Assembly: GCA_965655095.1 (NCBI GenBank)
Contig: OZ296650.1
Location: 58,528,001-58,592,000, forward strand
From: Haplodiscus bocki
Lineage: Eukaryota
Reading direction: 5' to 3'
Length of the DNA stretch: 64,000 nt
Shown: positions 25,901 through 38,280 of the stretch, one piece after another
Layout of the letters: each line of letters opens with the position of its first letter
Position numbering within the stretch: the first letter of the stretch is position 1
The notes under the pieces: generated by a model
The model's input: only the letters and a program-made list of their open reading frames with translations
Databases searched by the model: none
Told to the model about the DNA's origin: nothing
Program-made: the position numbers and the translations under genes

Positions 25901-26400
25901 TTCCTTGTTTTGCAGGAGATAACATGGAGTTACATTAAAACGGATACGAAATCATTTTTATTTTCCTTATTGCCCAATTGAAGTCCTATGCAGTGGGTTG
26001 AAAGATTTCATTAAACGTTTGGGATTATTGAATTAAAACAATCACATTAACTATGTTCAGAAAATAACTTTAACCAATTTTTAAAAAGGAAATATGAATC
26101 ACCCCAGAAACTGAATTATATGAAGCAGTGTTTATGGAGAGTAGGTCTTTAGTTTTTGAAAAAACTATCAAATTCAAATGAATCAAATCACAAAAAAACA
26201 CAATCACACAGTATATTAACTTTGAAAGAAAATAAAAAGTGTTTAAGAAGCACGAAACCAATTGGGAAGCTATTTATTCTTTCAGAAGTGAAAAGCATGA
26301 ACAATTATTGGTAAAACAATCAAAGGCAGTCTGGGATACAATCGATGAAATTTAATCTTAATATAAAGATGAAAGTCTACCATGGGATGATTGTGAATAT
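22990..26400 (+). pseudogene. pPolB: Protein-primed DNA polymerase B #2 (Maverick-type, with endonuclease-VII-like insert)
   Basis: IAAVFEC (Exo I, ~ADFE); CWLCEK...QRHLIGKFRRLAQNKFNL (~DHCHLTGKFRGLAHNxCNL); LDSYRVL; YLKNDVLL*ADIF; MKGG; KQSPWLA; KILTNAL* (motif B); KPI; TDT (motif C); terminal PWD. Confidence 0.85.
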
Positions 26401-26429
26401 CGCGATGAGTTTAATCCATGAAATAGTCA

Positions 26430-27230
26430 AGGGAACCAGCAGCATTTTTTGAATGAAATTTATGCCAAACCTCCAAAAGAGATATATACTACCAACAAAG
26501 TTTTTGTATACTACATAGATGATATTTTGAGTATGGATTTATTTGACCTACTTGAAAAACGTCCAGAAAATAAAAAAGCTTTTAGATAAACTTTTATACC
26601 ATTTGACAGTTCCTCAAAGATTGGATAAAAATTTCATTTATTAAAAACGCTCGAAAAACAAAAAAAATCAATCGAGAACATCCTTAAGAACTCAAAAAAG
26701 TTCCCAAGTTTATTTGAAGCCGATGATGGAGTTGAATCTGTCAACAAAATTTTCTACTGATTTTTTTTCAAAAAAACATTATTAACAGATATAGTTGCCA
26801 CACATCGGAAGGAATACGTTTCGCTGAACGATTTAACAGTGCTCTGGAAAATCTTTTCAAAACGCCTGTTTTTGAAAAAAGTGATGCCAATTGGACAGAT
26901 GAAAGGAATGCAGTAACAAAACAAGGTAAAAATGAAAAAAACTGTCTTCAACTAAATTAAAACTAATTGAATCATCTTTAGGCAAAAAGAAGAAACAAGA
27001 ACCGAATAGGAAGTTTATGTGGAACTGCAGACAAAAAATTGTTTTTCCAAAGGTGACAAAACAGATTGGTCTCAACGGTTGTCTACAATCCATGAGGATT
27101 TTGATGTTACAGTACCAACTCATCAGATAAAAAACATGCCCGAAATATGTAACGAAGCATTGCCAAGGAAATCAGATTCTACAACGGAATAAGAAACATT
27201 GCGTTGAAAAAGTTCGAAAGAGATTAGGTC
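26430..27230 (+). pseudogene. Polinton rve integrase #2 remnant
   Basis: NEIYAKPPK..YTTNK; YIDDILSMDLFDL; LFEADDGVE (~IETDDGKEF); FAERFNS; FEKSDANW; FSKGDKTDWS; CNEAL. Confidence 0.85.
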
Positions 27231-27239
27231 AATAAATCT

Positions 27240-28115
27240 TTAAGCATCACTACTCAATAATATTGTCTTGTTTGTGAATACGAGAATAAAACCAGTTAAT
27301 TGTACATCAGGTGCAATTACGGGTCTAAAATCGAATTTTATTTTTCCGGATTGAGGAGAAGAAGATTCGTTTTGGTAACTTTTATCAAAACCAAAAAAAA
27401 ATTCTTTTTCCTGAGATTTAGAGAAATCTTGTGTTTCATAAAGATGAAGGATCTTATCCTCAGTCAAAAGTCTGAAACACCATATATTTTTACACCACAA
27501 GTTAAAAAAATTTTCAATTCGGTTATCACAACTCATACTCGCGTTTGGATCTTTTACAATTGCAACATTACCTCTAGTTTTTGAAACAGTAGGCCAAAAG
27601 AAAACAACATTATTCGCTTTTTGGTAGGCTAAACGATTTCCTCCTGGGAAACCTACTATGACCAAAAAGTAACCTTAATTCTGTTTTTTACCGAACTCAA
27701 AAATCCCATATATTCAGTATATACATCTTCACTATAGACTCATCTTTCAATGTAAGAAAATCTTGTTGGTGCTCTTACTATAGGGTGGAGTGTAATGTTG
27801 GACAAACCAACTAACATCATTTGTTTTACTTCTTCCTTTTTTAGAATGTTTTCTATCATTATTTACATCTTGAGGAATCCCAATTGCAGCCCGGTTAGCG
27901 AATGCATGGCTTAAAACACTATCATCACTTTTTCAAGTTTTTGGTAATATATAGCCCAAACCATAAAGACGGCTTTCCTGGTGCTTAGCATACCCAAAGA
28001 CAATTTTTAGGAATATTTTAACATGAAATCTACCCTTGTTTGCTGCATCATTAAATTTTTTCAATTCTCCTTTACGTTTCTGATTACTTCAATCAAATCC
28101 GTTTGAAATATCACT
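27240..28115 (-). pseudogene. Polinton major capsid protein, C-terminal part
   Basis: FGYAKHQE..YGLGY; VIVGF...FWPTVSK..KDP; CFRLLTEDKIL; FD.SYQ; GFILVFTNK.I..SSD. Confidence 0.65.
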
Positions 28116-28480
28116 GCTGTCTTTGGTACTTGTTAAAAATTAGTACATTAGGCGTACAACAAAGCATATTCTATGCGTTCCAAAAGTTTCCCACTACTAT
28201 TAATCAGCTTATACTCAGAAAAAAACAGTTTCCATTTCTTTTGAAGATGAAAGCAGATAATAGTTTTCGTGGCGTGCAACCATATAAAACAAAATAATTT
28301 TGTTTATGTATGTCACCCAATGTGCGGTTTTCGTGGGGTAAAGATTAACAGCGGCATATTCTGATGAAAATTTACTGTCTCTCACGTAAATTTTTTGTAT
28401 TTGACACTTTTTTTCGTAATTTATTTTTTTCCTAATTGATGTTGCTCAATTTTCCAATTTATTTTTTTTTGAAATTCAGT
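28115..28480 (-). pseudogene. Adenain-type (C5) cysteine protease #1 remnant
   Basis: RDSKFSSEYAAVNLYPTKTAHWVTYI (~GxHWV), then YGCTP (~FDSYGxxP) and SEYK.I. Confidence 0.7.
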
Positions 28481-29500
28481 GGAAAACAGTGTCAATACAT
28501 TTCACTCAGTTCTGTTGCTCTTCTTTGTCATTTTTCAAAAGTAAAAAAATCCTCAAAGATCTCGTATTTGTTATCATGTCTATCAAGGAAGCAAACATCA
28601 TAAAGTATTCGCTTTTGCTTCATTTTTTTTTCAATCCTCCCAAAAGAATATCAACTCCTTTTTCATCGCTCACGGAGTTCTTTATTTTTTCAAACGAAAT
28701 TTCGATAATGATAAAAAGGTTCCTATCTAAAACTAGACTGATCTTCTCTGATGTTAGATTGATTTTCGCCATGGTTTTCAGAGTTTCATTTCGGTTCATA
28801 AAAACAGTAGTTTTTAATATTTAGAGCACGATGCACCTTTGTCCTTTTTTGGAGGAGTTCATTACTAGTACGGTATAGAAAACCACAAATTCTACAAATT
28901 TCGTACACTTAATAAATCTTATCTTTTCAATTGGAATGATACTTCAAATTGGATTTCAAGTCAAGTTCGCTTTCGGTTCCCAATTCTTCATTATCACAAA
29001 CAATACTATCTTGATTTTAAAGTTAGAATTTAAAAATTCCATCTTCATCATCACATATTCTTGGATTTCTGTGATTAATGAAGTCTGGTGTGGATGATTT
29101 GTGAACTTTATAACCTTGTTCAGGAATATCTTTTTTATTAATTTCACAAAAAAAAATCAAAATCATTATCTCCTTCAAAGTTTATATTAAAGCTCTCCAG
29201 ATCATATTTATATTGGATAACTTTTTTGCTGTTACAAAATTATTGATGACCTTCAATATTTAAAAAAAAACAAAAATTGACAAATTGCACAAAAACACTT
29301 TTTGTCTCTTCTCTTTCTAACTTCACCTGGTTAATGTTCTCTCGTGTGTTGGCTTTGCAATCGGTCGGATTTGTTGGCATTTTTTCTGTTTTTTCACAAA
29401 CCTGCAACAAAAACCTCCCTAAAATACAACCAGTTTTTCTATTGAAAACAGCCCTAAGCATTTTTCGTTCAATTGTAAAGTTACTATTTCACAAGGTTTG
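28480..29500 (-). pseudogene. Conserved Polinton ORF(s) of unknown function
   Basis: EICRICG.YRTS and DILLG....ASLID motifs upstream of the protease. Confidence 0.4.
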
Positions 29501-29597
29501 TATTTCATTTATTTAGGACTTCATCATTTGAATATTTTTTAAAATTTCTAAAATGCAAATGTAAAAGTTCTGTTTTAAATTAAGTTCAAACGTTCCA

Positions 29598-31768
29598 ATG
29601 AAAATTTTTTTGGAGACCGATGTTTAGGTCGCAAGCAAAAAATTATCTTTAAAAATAAAGACAAAAGTTTGGTACCTCCCAAGTCAGTTTTTCAAACAAA
29701 AACAGGAGATATGAGCCCATTGGAAGTCCGTTCCTTTTAAAACTTCACAAAACTGAGCAAGTTTCTTTAACAATCATGAGTTTGGTGACTATCTTTCTAC
29801 AGCAAGTGCTAATGACAAAAACAGGGAGACGTTCAGAGAGCTCAAAGAACTCTCCTAAGATGGATGCACAAACGTTTCGGACAAGGCCTTAACTTTAGTA
29901 ATTACAGTACCACTACGCTATCTGGTGCAAAAATGAGGCGGTTGAAAACGTATATATGTCTTTACTCCCGACAGGCGCGAAGGACGTTTTGTTATGCAGG
30001 GACAAACAACACTATTTTTTACTCTTAAATAGGTTCGCTTGAACAGTGATGTTCGCTGTATTTTCATGTCGGGTAAAAACAATAAATGTTTTGGTTTGGA
30101 TGGCATTTTTCCATTCGTATAATCCGTCTGTATTTAAGCTTCTGGTTGAAAATGGAAACGACCTTTTGCATTTATTGCAAGGAAAAACAATGCAGTAAAA
30201 ACCCGTCTTTACTTTTTTCGTTTTCGGCAATATGAAGTTCTTCTTTTCTGGTTTCATTTCAAGTATTAGCGTGATTTTGGAGGTTTTCGAAAGTTTTGAG
30301 TCACCTGTAAACGTTGAAATTAGGGCATAGGGCGTCAAGCTGGGTTTCAAGTTTGTGTGGCGTTTTTAATTGTTTTTTGGGAGTAATAATATTGAGGAGA
30401 TTTTGTTTCTAATGGTTTTTGGTGTTTATTTGCTGTTTTTGGTTGTTTTTTGGGGTTCATGTGACTTAAAGTGTTGTTTTGAGGATTTTTCCCCATAGTC
30501 AAAAGTCCAATTTGTTTTTTATGAATGTTTGATCAATCGTTTTGTGCCCCTCTGACGGAAAAAATCACTGTCCGACTGGGTTCTTGTTAATAATTCAAAA
30601 CAAATTTTTCATTAGGAAAATTTTATTGTTGTTCATCCATTGAGATGATACCATGGGTGTTACTTTTCATATAGAAGGAAAAAAATTTTAGGCGTATCAA
30701 CTAACTTTTTAATCTATTGTTGCAAGCCGCCACGTGTTGAAGATATAACAACAAACAATACCACACTTTTTTTCACAATTGAAAGCAATTGAAAACATTT
30801 TATAATAACCAGCATGTTTTTTGCCATAAGCACGACCATTAGTTTTTCATTTGAAACTCTTTTTCATTAGACTTCATTTTTATATTTTTTACACTACAAT
30901 CTGAAAAACAACGCTTGTGGGTTCAACTTTTCCAGTAAATTTTTCGGGGCGTTTACTATATCACTTAGTTCGTTTCAATTGGCATGAAATTCCTAAATTT
31001 TTAAAAGACGAACTTTTTTGGGCCTTGATCTATATAGTGGTTCTACATACAACTGCGAGCTTTGAGCCATTGATAGGTTTTGGATGATTATGAATGGATG
31101 CTCAACCTGGGAAGCATATCGTTTTATTTGATTGAAAAAAACTGAAACTGTTTTTGTAGAAATTTTCCATTTAAGGTTTTTCTTTCATGATGCACTTGAA
31201 AAAATGACACAAGTAGAAAATCCAGCGAAGTGTATTTAAGTGAAAAGTTGCAATCCAATTGGGAAATCTTTTGGGGGCTCCAAGTAATTGTTGACGGTTC
31301 TTTTTATTTCGTGGACTCCACTCAAAAATACCGGAAACTAATGGAGAGCCGACTTGTTTATTTTGCACTGAAATTGTAATGAAAAATGCGTTATGAGTAA
31401 AGCAGCACGCTTTTTTACGCACCCTCATGATAACAAGGAGCCAAAAGAAGCCCTTTCAACACTGCTTTTGATTTTCTGAAACTTTGTTGGGGAAAACATT
31501 GGGTGTTTTAGGAATTTTTGTTTTTTGTCAAAAGTGAGCGTTAGTATCTACTTTACATAACCTGAAACTGATGTAACTATTGACCTGGTTTTCAGTGCAG
31601 ATATATTCGAAACGATGTGGCTGGCTTTCACCAGAAATTGAATTTTGATAAGAATTGTTTCGCTACATGAGTTTCTGATCAATTTTTGGTTTTTCCATTG
31701 CCTTGTGACATTCAATTTCTGCAAAAACAGTGTTTTGTAGACTTACAGAAGCTTTTGCAGCAAAAAAA
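29598..31768 (-). repeat. Right arm of the ~2.1-kb inverted repeat, with 77 extra bp at 31546-31622
   Basis: 30398-31381 is the exact reverse complement of 20997-21980. Confidence 0.97.
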
Positions 31769-32299
31769 GTTTACAAACAATTTCTTAAAAACAAGTCTAG
31801 CAATAAATCAGAGCAATAAATTTTTAGCTTTTGAGAATGATAGGTTTGAAAATCGACAAAATAACAAAAGAAGTGCTTTCTGTGATTTTTGGGCCTGGTA
31901 TGAAAATTCTGTTGCTTGTGCAAATGTCAGAAAACCTCAATTGAATGTCCAATCTACAGACGGAAGGTTATTGATTATTACCTTGATAGAAGAAGTCAAG
32001 ATAACAATTGTGAAGAAGTGTGAATTCGAAAGTCGGGTTATATCAAAAATAGTTTGGTTCTTTCACCCTTTTGGACCATCCTTATTCCGACGCTGAGACA
32101 GCGATCCCTATTTTTCTATTGAATTGTCATTCTCAGGTCTAGGTCTAGAGAGGTCGGTTGAGCCTATAATGAAAAAATTCCAGAAGGTACTTTGTAAGAA
32201 TTTTGTGTTTGGAAACCCAGTTCTGTGGTTGTTAAAAACATTTCTATCATTTTGGCTCGACAGCATTCGGACCCACTGAAAAAAAACTTCCAGGAAATC

Positions 32300-32900
32300 T
32301 TTCATCAGTGATGAGGAGTTACCTGATTAGTTTTTGGGGAGGATTGAAGCAGGTAGTGTGGAAAAAAATGAAACTGAATGTGAAGACAGATTTAAACTAT
32401 CAGCATTTTCTTAGAATTTTCAGAGTGTCAAGATTCCGACAGAAAACAATAAACCAAAATGTTTACAATCATAGTCCTCCAAATGTTAGGAATATTTTTT
32501 CGGAAGCTTCTCGGAAGGAGTTAGCTCAAAGCAATTGAAACAAATAAATTTGACAATCAAGAGTTGTGAAAATTGACAACACGTTTGCAGTCTTGCCATT
32601 AATAAGAGTTAGACGGTAGGATGAAAATTGAACACTTTTCTACATACAGGTGGTCTTCAGGTGAAGAGCTGTCGATTGAATTCCTCATGCAAAAAGTCAA
32701 GCTGGTATATTTTGTAAAAATTTGAAAACCAATATTCGAAGTTTTTCCCATTCATTTTCGGAATATTCGACCTGCCAGGATTGGGAGTTAAAAATTCATT
32801 ACTTTTTCAAAGGATCTCTTAATTTAAGGGGCTGCCGACCGAGGACCTGGTTAAAAAATTGATATAGTTTCTTTCACAAAAAAGTGAGTTTGATAAGACA
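32300..32900 (+). pseudogene. Superfamily 3 helicase resembling densovirus/parvovirus NS1 C-terminal domain
   Basis: FLRIF...KTINQNVYNHSPPNVRNIF (Walker A region, ~SPPSAGKNFF); AINK....*DE (~APNKRVLLWNE); SGEELSIE (~GGD.xxV); LKTN (motif C). Confidence 0.6.
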
Positions 32901-35049
32901 TATCACAGCATGAGGTTTTCCAGCATCAAATGTTTTTGAGGTTCCTTTGCTTTTCTGGTTCCCGAGGTTCCCAGGTAGTGAACAAGACAATACCAGGAGA
33001 CATAAAAACACGCGAATTTTTATTCATTTTAAAATTTTCAAATAACGTTCCATTGTTTTTTCTGTTTGTTTGAAGAGTTTGGTGTTGTGAAAACTGCATT
33101 CCTGTGGTCCAGAGGAAAAACTGGAGCGGAAGTTTGTACAGAAGCTTTCCAAAACTTCAAGTTATTTTCCAGCTTTGACCAACAGGTTGAGCACTGAAAT
33201 TAACAAAACTGCTTTTCACCAGTTCAAACGAATCAATTTGGGGAAACAATTTGAAAAAAAAAACTAAATATGATAATTTTGTTGGTCTTTGAACGAAAGA
33301 TTTTTAGACTGGGCGGAGGCTTTTCGACAGGGTTTTAAAAGCTGAATTTTATGTATTCAGAAGTAAATTCTTAGCGTCAAAGATTCTTTTTGAAGTCAGG
33401 CAGCTAAAATAGCCCCAACCAGCAAATCTTGAGAAAAAAGACTACATAGTGTGGAAACGAGTTTCCTTCCGGAAGTTAATACGAAGTAAGGTTTTTTGTT
33501 TGCTTTCAAAAGATTAGAATCAATGCTAAGAATCAACATACTACAGAAATCAAAGAAATGAAAAACTTTAGAATCACATGAAAAAACAGTGTTGATCAAA
33601 GACCTGAAAAAAGAAAAAGAAACAAACAAACTGATTGAAACCTTTCAGAATTGAAATATAATTGATTCTATTCTACAAAATGTTTCAGAAAATCAAAATC
33701 TGTCAAGTGAGGAGATCGGTTCAGTTTTAGTAAAGGCCAGATTTTTCGATCATAATATTAAACATTTGAATGACGTTTGAATCGAAACTGTTAGTTTTGT
33801 ACAGATGTACAGCAAGTCTTCATTATACTGAAGAAAAGAAAAAACTAGTGAAGCAATATGTTTTGTACAGAAAACTACTCGCTTAAATAACCGACAAAAA
33901 ATTCAAACCAATTTAGTACAGCAGAAGTAGAAATTTTATTGAAAACAGAAAAGTTTTGAAAGATATTGAATTCGGTCGAGCAAACCAAGAATGATAAAGA
34001 GGAAAGTAATCCAATGTTTTATAACAAAGCTGTGTTTCATACCTTCACAAAAACTCTCAAGCACCTGGGCAAAACTTAACATTCGCATACGATTATCTTC
34101 CAACGAAACATGGGATTGGCCTTAGTTTTTCTGTTGTTGAAGGTTATGCTTCAGACCTGAAGTAAACACCAAAAGAAAATTTCTTGAAGGCTTTTGAAAC
34201 CCACCTTGACAAAATTAGAGTTGATATGCGATAGCAAGTGAAATTAGGAGATGCTACAATAAAATTTTCCTTAGAATAGTTTTTCAGGTTCTATAGAAGA
34301 CTAACTCAAAAGCAATGCCTTTGTAAGCAAAAAAAATCATCCCTCTAGAATTATAGTAACGAAATCTTTGAAAACATCCAACACAAATGTTTTCCTAGTA
34401 ACCAAAAAATTAATCAAAAGTTTAAAAACGTAATATGAACCTATTACTTTTTCCGACGAGTTAATGAGAACGAATTTAGAAATTCTAAACAAAAATACAA
34501 GAACAACCTACTGAAATTTTTTAATACAAGTGCAAACGGTTGTTTAGTAGACATAAGAACAGTTTCAAGTGCTGTACCACTTAGTGTACCTGGTTTTGGT
34601 CTGATTGTCATTCCAAGAAATTCTGGAGTTTGTTGTGCGACAGATTGTGGTGTCGAACTTTTTACGCAGTCTCTGATAGAGACATCTAAAGCCTATATAA
34701 AAAAAATATGGCGTTAAAATGTATAAATCATAGCAGCAAATTAATCCTCAATAGTTCAGAAGATAATAAAAGATGTCCATGGGAAAAGATTACCAATACT
34801 TGCTTGTACCAAGTATTACAAATTGAGTGCCAAAAGAAGCAACCAATCAAGCTTCCTAGAAGATTGTCTGCAAAGTCACCTCGATGAAGTTTAATTTAAA
34901 ATGCAAGAAACTCTTTCAAATAAGTTTTTTTTGGGCAAAAAAACTAAAAGTTCTTAGTAACATTGAAAGTTATCTGATGTAGTAATCCGAAAAACAGCTT
35001 TATTGAAGTGAAAGGTTTTCAAGAAGGCAAATTTGTAAAGATTCCAAAA

Positions 35050-35460
35050 TGGGGAATACAGAAGATTTCAGACTTTCAAACACACAGAATGAGCAATCGT
35101 TTATCAGTGTACAAAAATCAGTTCGCTCACGTTTTTTTTTGTAGAATGTTAAGAAAACACACTGATGTGGATATATATAAGTACGGAATTCAAAAATAAA
35201 CTGAAGAACACTATATGGATTCAAAATCAAACGGTAATTTTTGTCATGAAATCTCATTTGAATATTGATCATATTATTTAACTTGCGGGGTTGACCAAAA
35301 AGTGCTCTACACCACACCACTCCCATGTTCGGTTCTTTTTCTTTTTTTTTTGCTTCAAAAAAATTCTTTGAAATATCTTTTGGGAATATACATTTTTTCA
35401 TCAAACAATATGAACTACTGTACTTTCGAATTATGCAGTTCATTTGTTTGAGGCTTTTCA
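35050..35460 (-). pseudogene. Adenain-type cysteine protease #2 remnant
   Basis: FGQP (~DSFGxP) followed by LQFIF..RTYIY (~Q..S..CGxYC) in ORF 35000-35461. Confidence 0.4.
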
Positions 35461-35989
35461 TAAATCACAACACATGAGGAGTGTAAACTCTTTTCAAAAA
35501 ATTAAATCGATAATTTTCCGGAAGCTTATTCAAATTAGGCCCTCCAAAATAATCAGGCCATCTCAATAACCTCAAACAAAAAAAGAAGGGAGATTCTATT
35601 GTATTGTTTGTCGAAAAAACATCTTGGATAAAATGGGAAACTTTCGAGCTGAAACTCAAAGAATAAACTCTAAACTTTTACCTGCACCTGTTTTCAAACC
35701 GCATACCGACCATTCGGGTAGGTTATCGCGAAGGTAAAAACCCAGTAAAAAATCTAAACATAGATACACGTTTCATTCGAACACAAATAAGTACGCTTGA
35801 CCATGTTAATCCTGGATCCGTTAGTGGACAAGTACGAAATCAAAAATTGTTTCTACGATAATAGTACCAAACACCTATTTGTGCCAAATTGCCAAATACA
35901 AAAAAAAACAACAAAAAGTTAACTCATTGCATGGAAATCTTGAGGAAGTATTTTTTCTTGTTACTTTTCTAAAATTGATAACAACAACT

Positions 35990-38280
35990 TTTTGCCATTA
36001 TTATGATACGCCCCAAACAACTGAAGATCTCAACCATCATATTGATGATGCTTAATAGGAAGGATTCGATTTCATCCTTAAAGAAAACTTCGAGGAAAAA
36101 AGTTAGAAATCAAAAAAGTACAAGATTTATTGCCTTCCAAGAAGATATATAAAATACTTTTTCTACAGACATAATGAAGATCAGTTTTGTTTACTCTGCT
36201 GGTCTAGAATACTTTTATTTCTATTTGACAAAGTTCAATATTGCACTAGTAATTAGTCAACACATATAAATGGTCAAGTAACCTTCATTTTACGAGGCCT
36301 GAAGTTCTTTATGCAAGTAGGATGGGCCCTAAGATTGGAAAAGTAAAACCAGAAATCATTCTATATGAAGAAAAACCAATTAAATCTGCTGATGGAAAAT
36401 TAACTCCTGTGTAAAATCAAAAATGTTTCATCACTTTTTACCGCTGTATGAATATCACTATAGTTAAATATCAATATTACAAGCCCTAGTGTTAAAAAAT
36501 TCACAAGTGAAACACACTCAAGGAAATTGTTCAACTTGTTTTTCAACAATATGTACCCTAGACTATCATTTACGAAGATGTATGAGACACGATCCTACAA
36601 AGAATTTTTTTCCCGTTTGATGACACGACAAAATTCAAAAATTTTTACAAAAAGAAAGATGTATCAAATACGGCGTATGTTGACGATGAAAGCTTGAAAA
36701 TCAATGAAAATTTCTAGCCTGTTGGGACTGTGAAGACTCTCATCCCGTCGAAGAACCTGAAGTGAAGTCTTCAGAAACACGATTTGAACAGAAGCCAATA
36801 GTAGCGTGATGCAAAACAGAAAGCTTGAACAGAATTGTGTTTCAACTTTCTGACTTCATTCTGTTGAACCGACGCTCAATCTGGAAAAAAGGCTTTTCAA
36901 AACGCTAAAGCAAGTCAAAATACTAACCATGACACTTGAAGAAAAACAAAAACAACAAAACTTTTCAGGGTTGTGCGAAAAACTTTTGAAATTTCATGTT
37001 GGAAAGTCTATTTATTGCGTACAGAGGGATACCATAACCTCGTGGAAGGCGCAAACAAGGGAACAGGTCACAAGGTTTGTAAAGTTAGATGTAAGTAAAA
37101 GTCGTCGATTTTTTGCCCAAAAATTTTCAAAGTCTTCCTCGTCATGATAACCGTCTGTTCTCTGAATTTTTTTTTCACAAGCTGATAATGAACGACATCT
37201 GGAACCCCAAATAATTCCATGCAGTAAGGAGAATTTGTTGGAGAAAAAGTTATCCATGTTATCTAAGGTATTCAGATCGTTCTACTACTTTGAATAGGAG
37301 TTAACGTAAGCTTTCTGAATCGTTGAAACCGCTTCCTCATATGGATAGCCAACAATAGCAAAACAAATCGCTCTAAGATCCAGTTCCTCAGAAGATATTA
37401 GTATGTACCATCAAGAAGTTTAACTCGAAAGATCTGGAAAAATTTGTATCCTAAACTGAAGACGATCATTGGTCAACTCTAAAACAAAAAGTAAACTAAA
37501 CAAGAAGAAAAATGCCGTACAATTGAAATTAAAAAACAAGTTAGTAAAATAACAGAAAAAAGTAACAAATCTCTATCTAAAAATCATTATTACTGTACTA
37601 GCAGATACATTAAAAAGTTTTTCGAGAACATCTGAGTTAAATTGCAAAAGAAACTTTTGAAGATATAGTACCCCTGGGTAACCTTGGAACGCTGGTTTGA
37701 GACACATCCTTTCAAAAAATAAATGTCTGCTTTTGGTAGTGGTGAACAAAAGGGAAAAGTGCCTTTAAAATGTAAGAGGAGATCGCAATGAGGAAGATAG
37801 GAATAGCACAAATTTGGTGTATAATATTCCAAAAAAAATAAATTTTGGTTGGGCAGTTAGTAAGTATCATCCAATAAGATTTCTTCAATGCTTTATCTCG
37901 ACTAGCAAAATAAGTTCTGAAAACCAACTTCTATCTTATAATATAAACATTCTTTAAATTAACGAGTGGGGTTTCTCCTTAAGGAAAGTGATGTTGAGTA
38001 TGCATTCATTATATAAAAAAGTAGAAAGTCAATCTTTACAACTTTATCAAAAATCTGAACTAAACGAAAATACTCCATCTAAGAAACAAATCCAAACTTA
38101 CTTTGTGATCTATTCAAAAAATATAAAGGTATGATACACCATGATATTTTGAAGCTATATTTAGGACAAGGCAAGAAAACAGTTCGAGCACACACAAAGA
38201 AAACCCGATAAATCGAATCCGGTTGGTTAACAGTTTAGATAGACTTTTTTGAAAAACGAGACGGAAAACAAAAACAGGTT
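35990..38280 (+). pseudogene. pPolB: Protein-primed DNA polymerase B #3 (Maverick-type), 3'-truncated before motif B
   Basis: NEDQFCLLC; AYVDDES (Exo I); RD.HN.VEGANKGTGHKVC (endo VII); HDNR (~YDxH); LYLK....LAD; PG..WNAGL; GWAVSKY; ESDVEY. Confidence 0.7.

Noticed and set aside
20689-31768. Arms as classical Polinton terminal inverted repeats
   Set aside because: No AG/AGT-repeat termini or 6-bp TSD are visible, the outer ends are diverged rather than most similar, and Polinton-like genes continue beyond the right arm; not excluded, but unsupported
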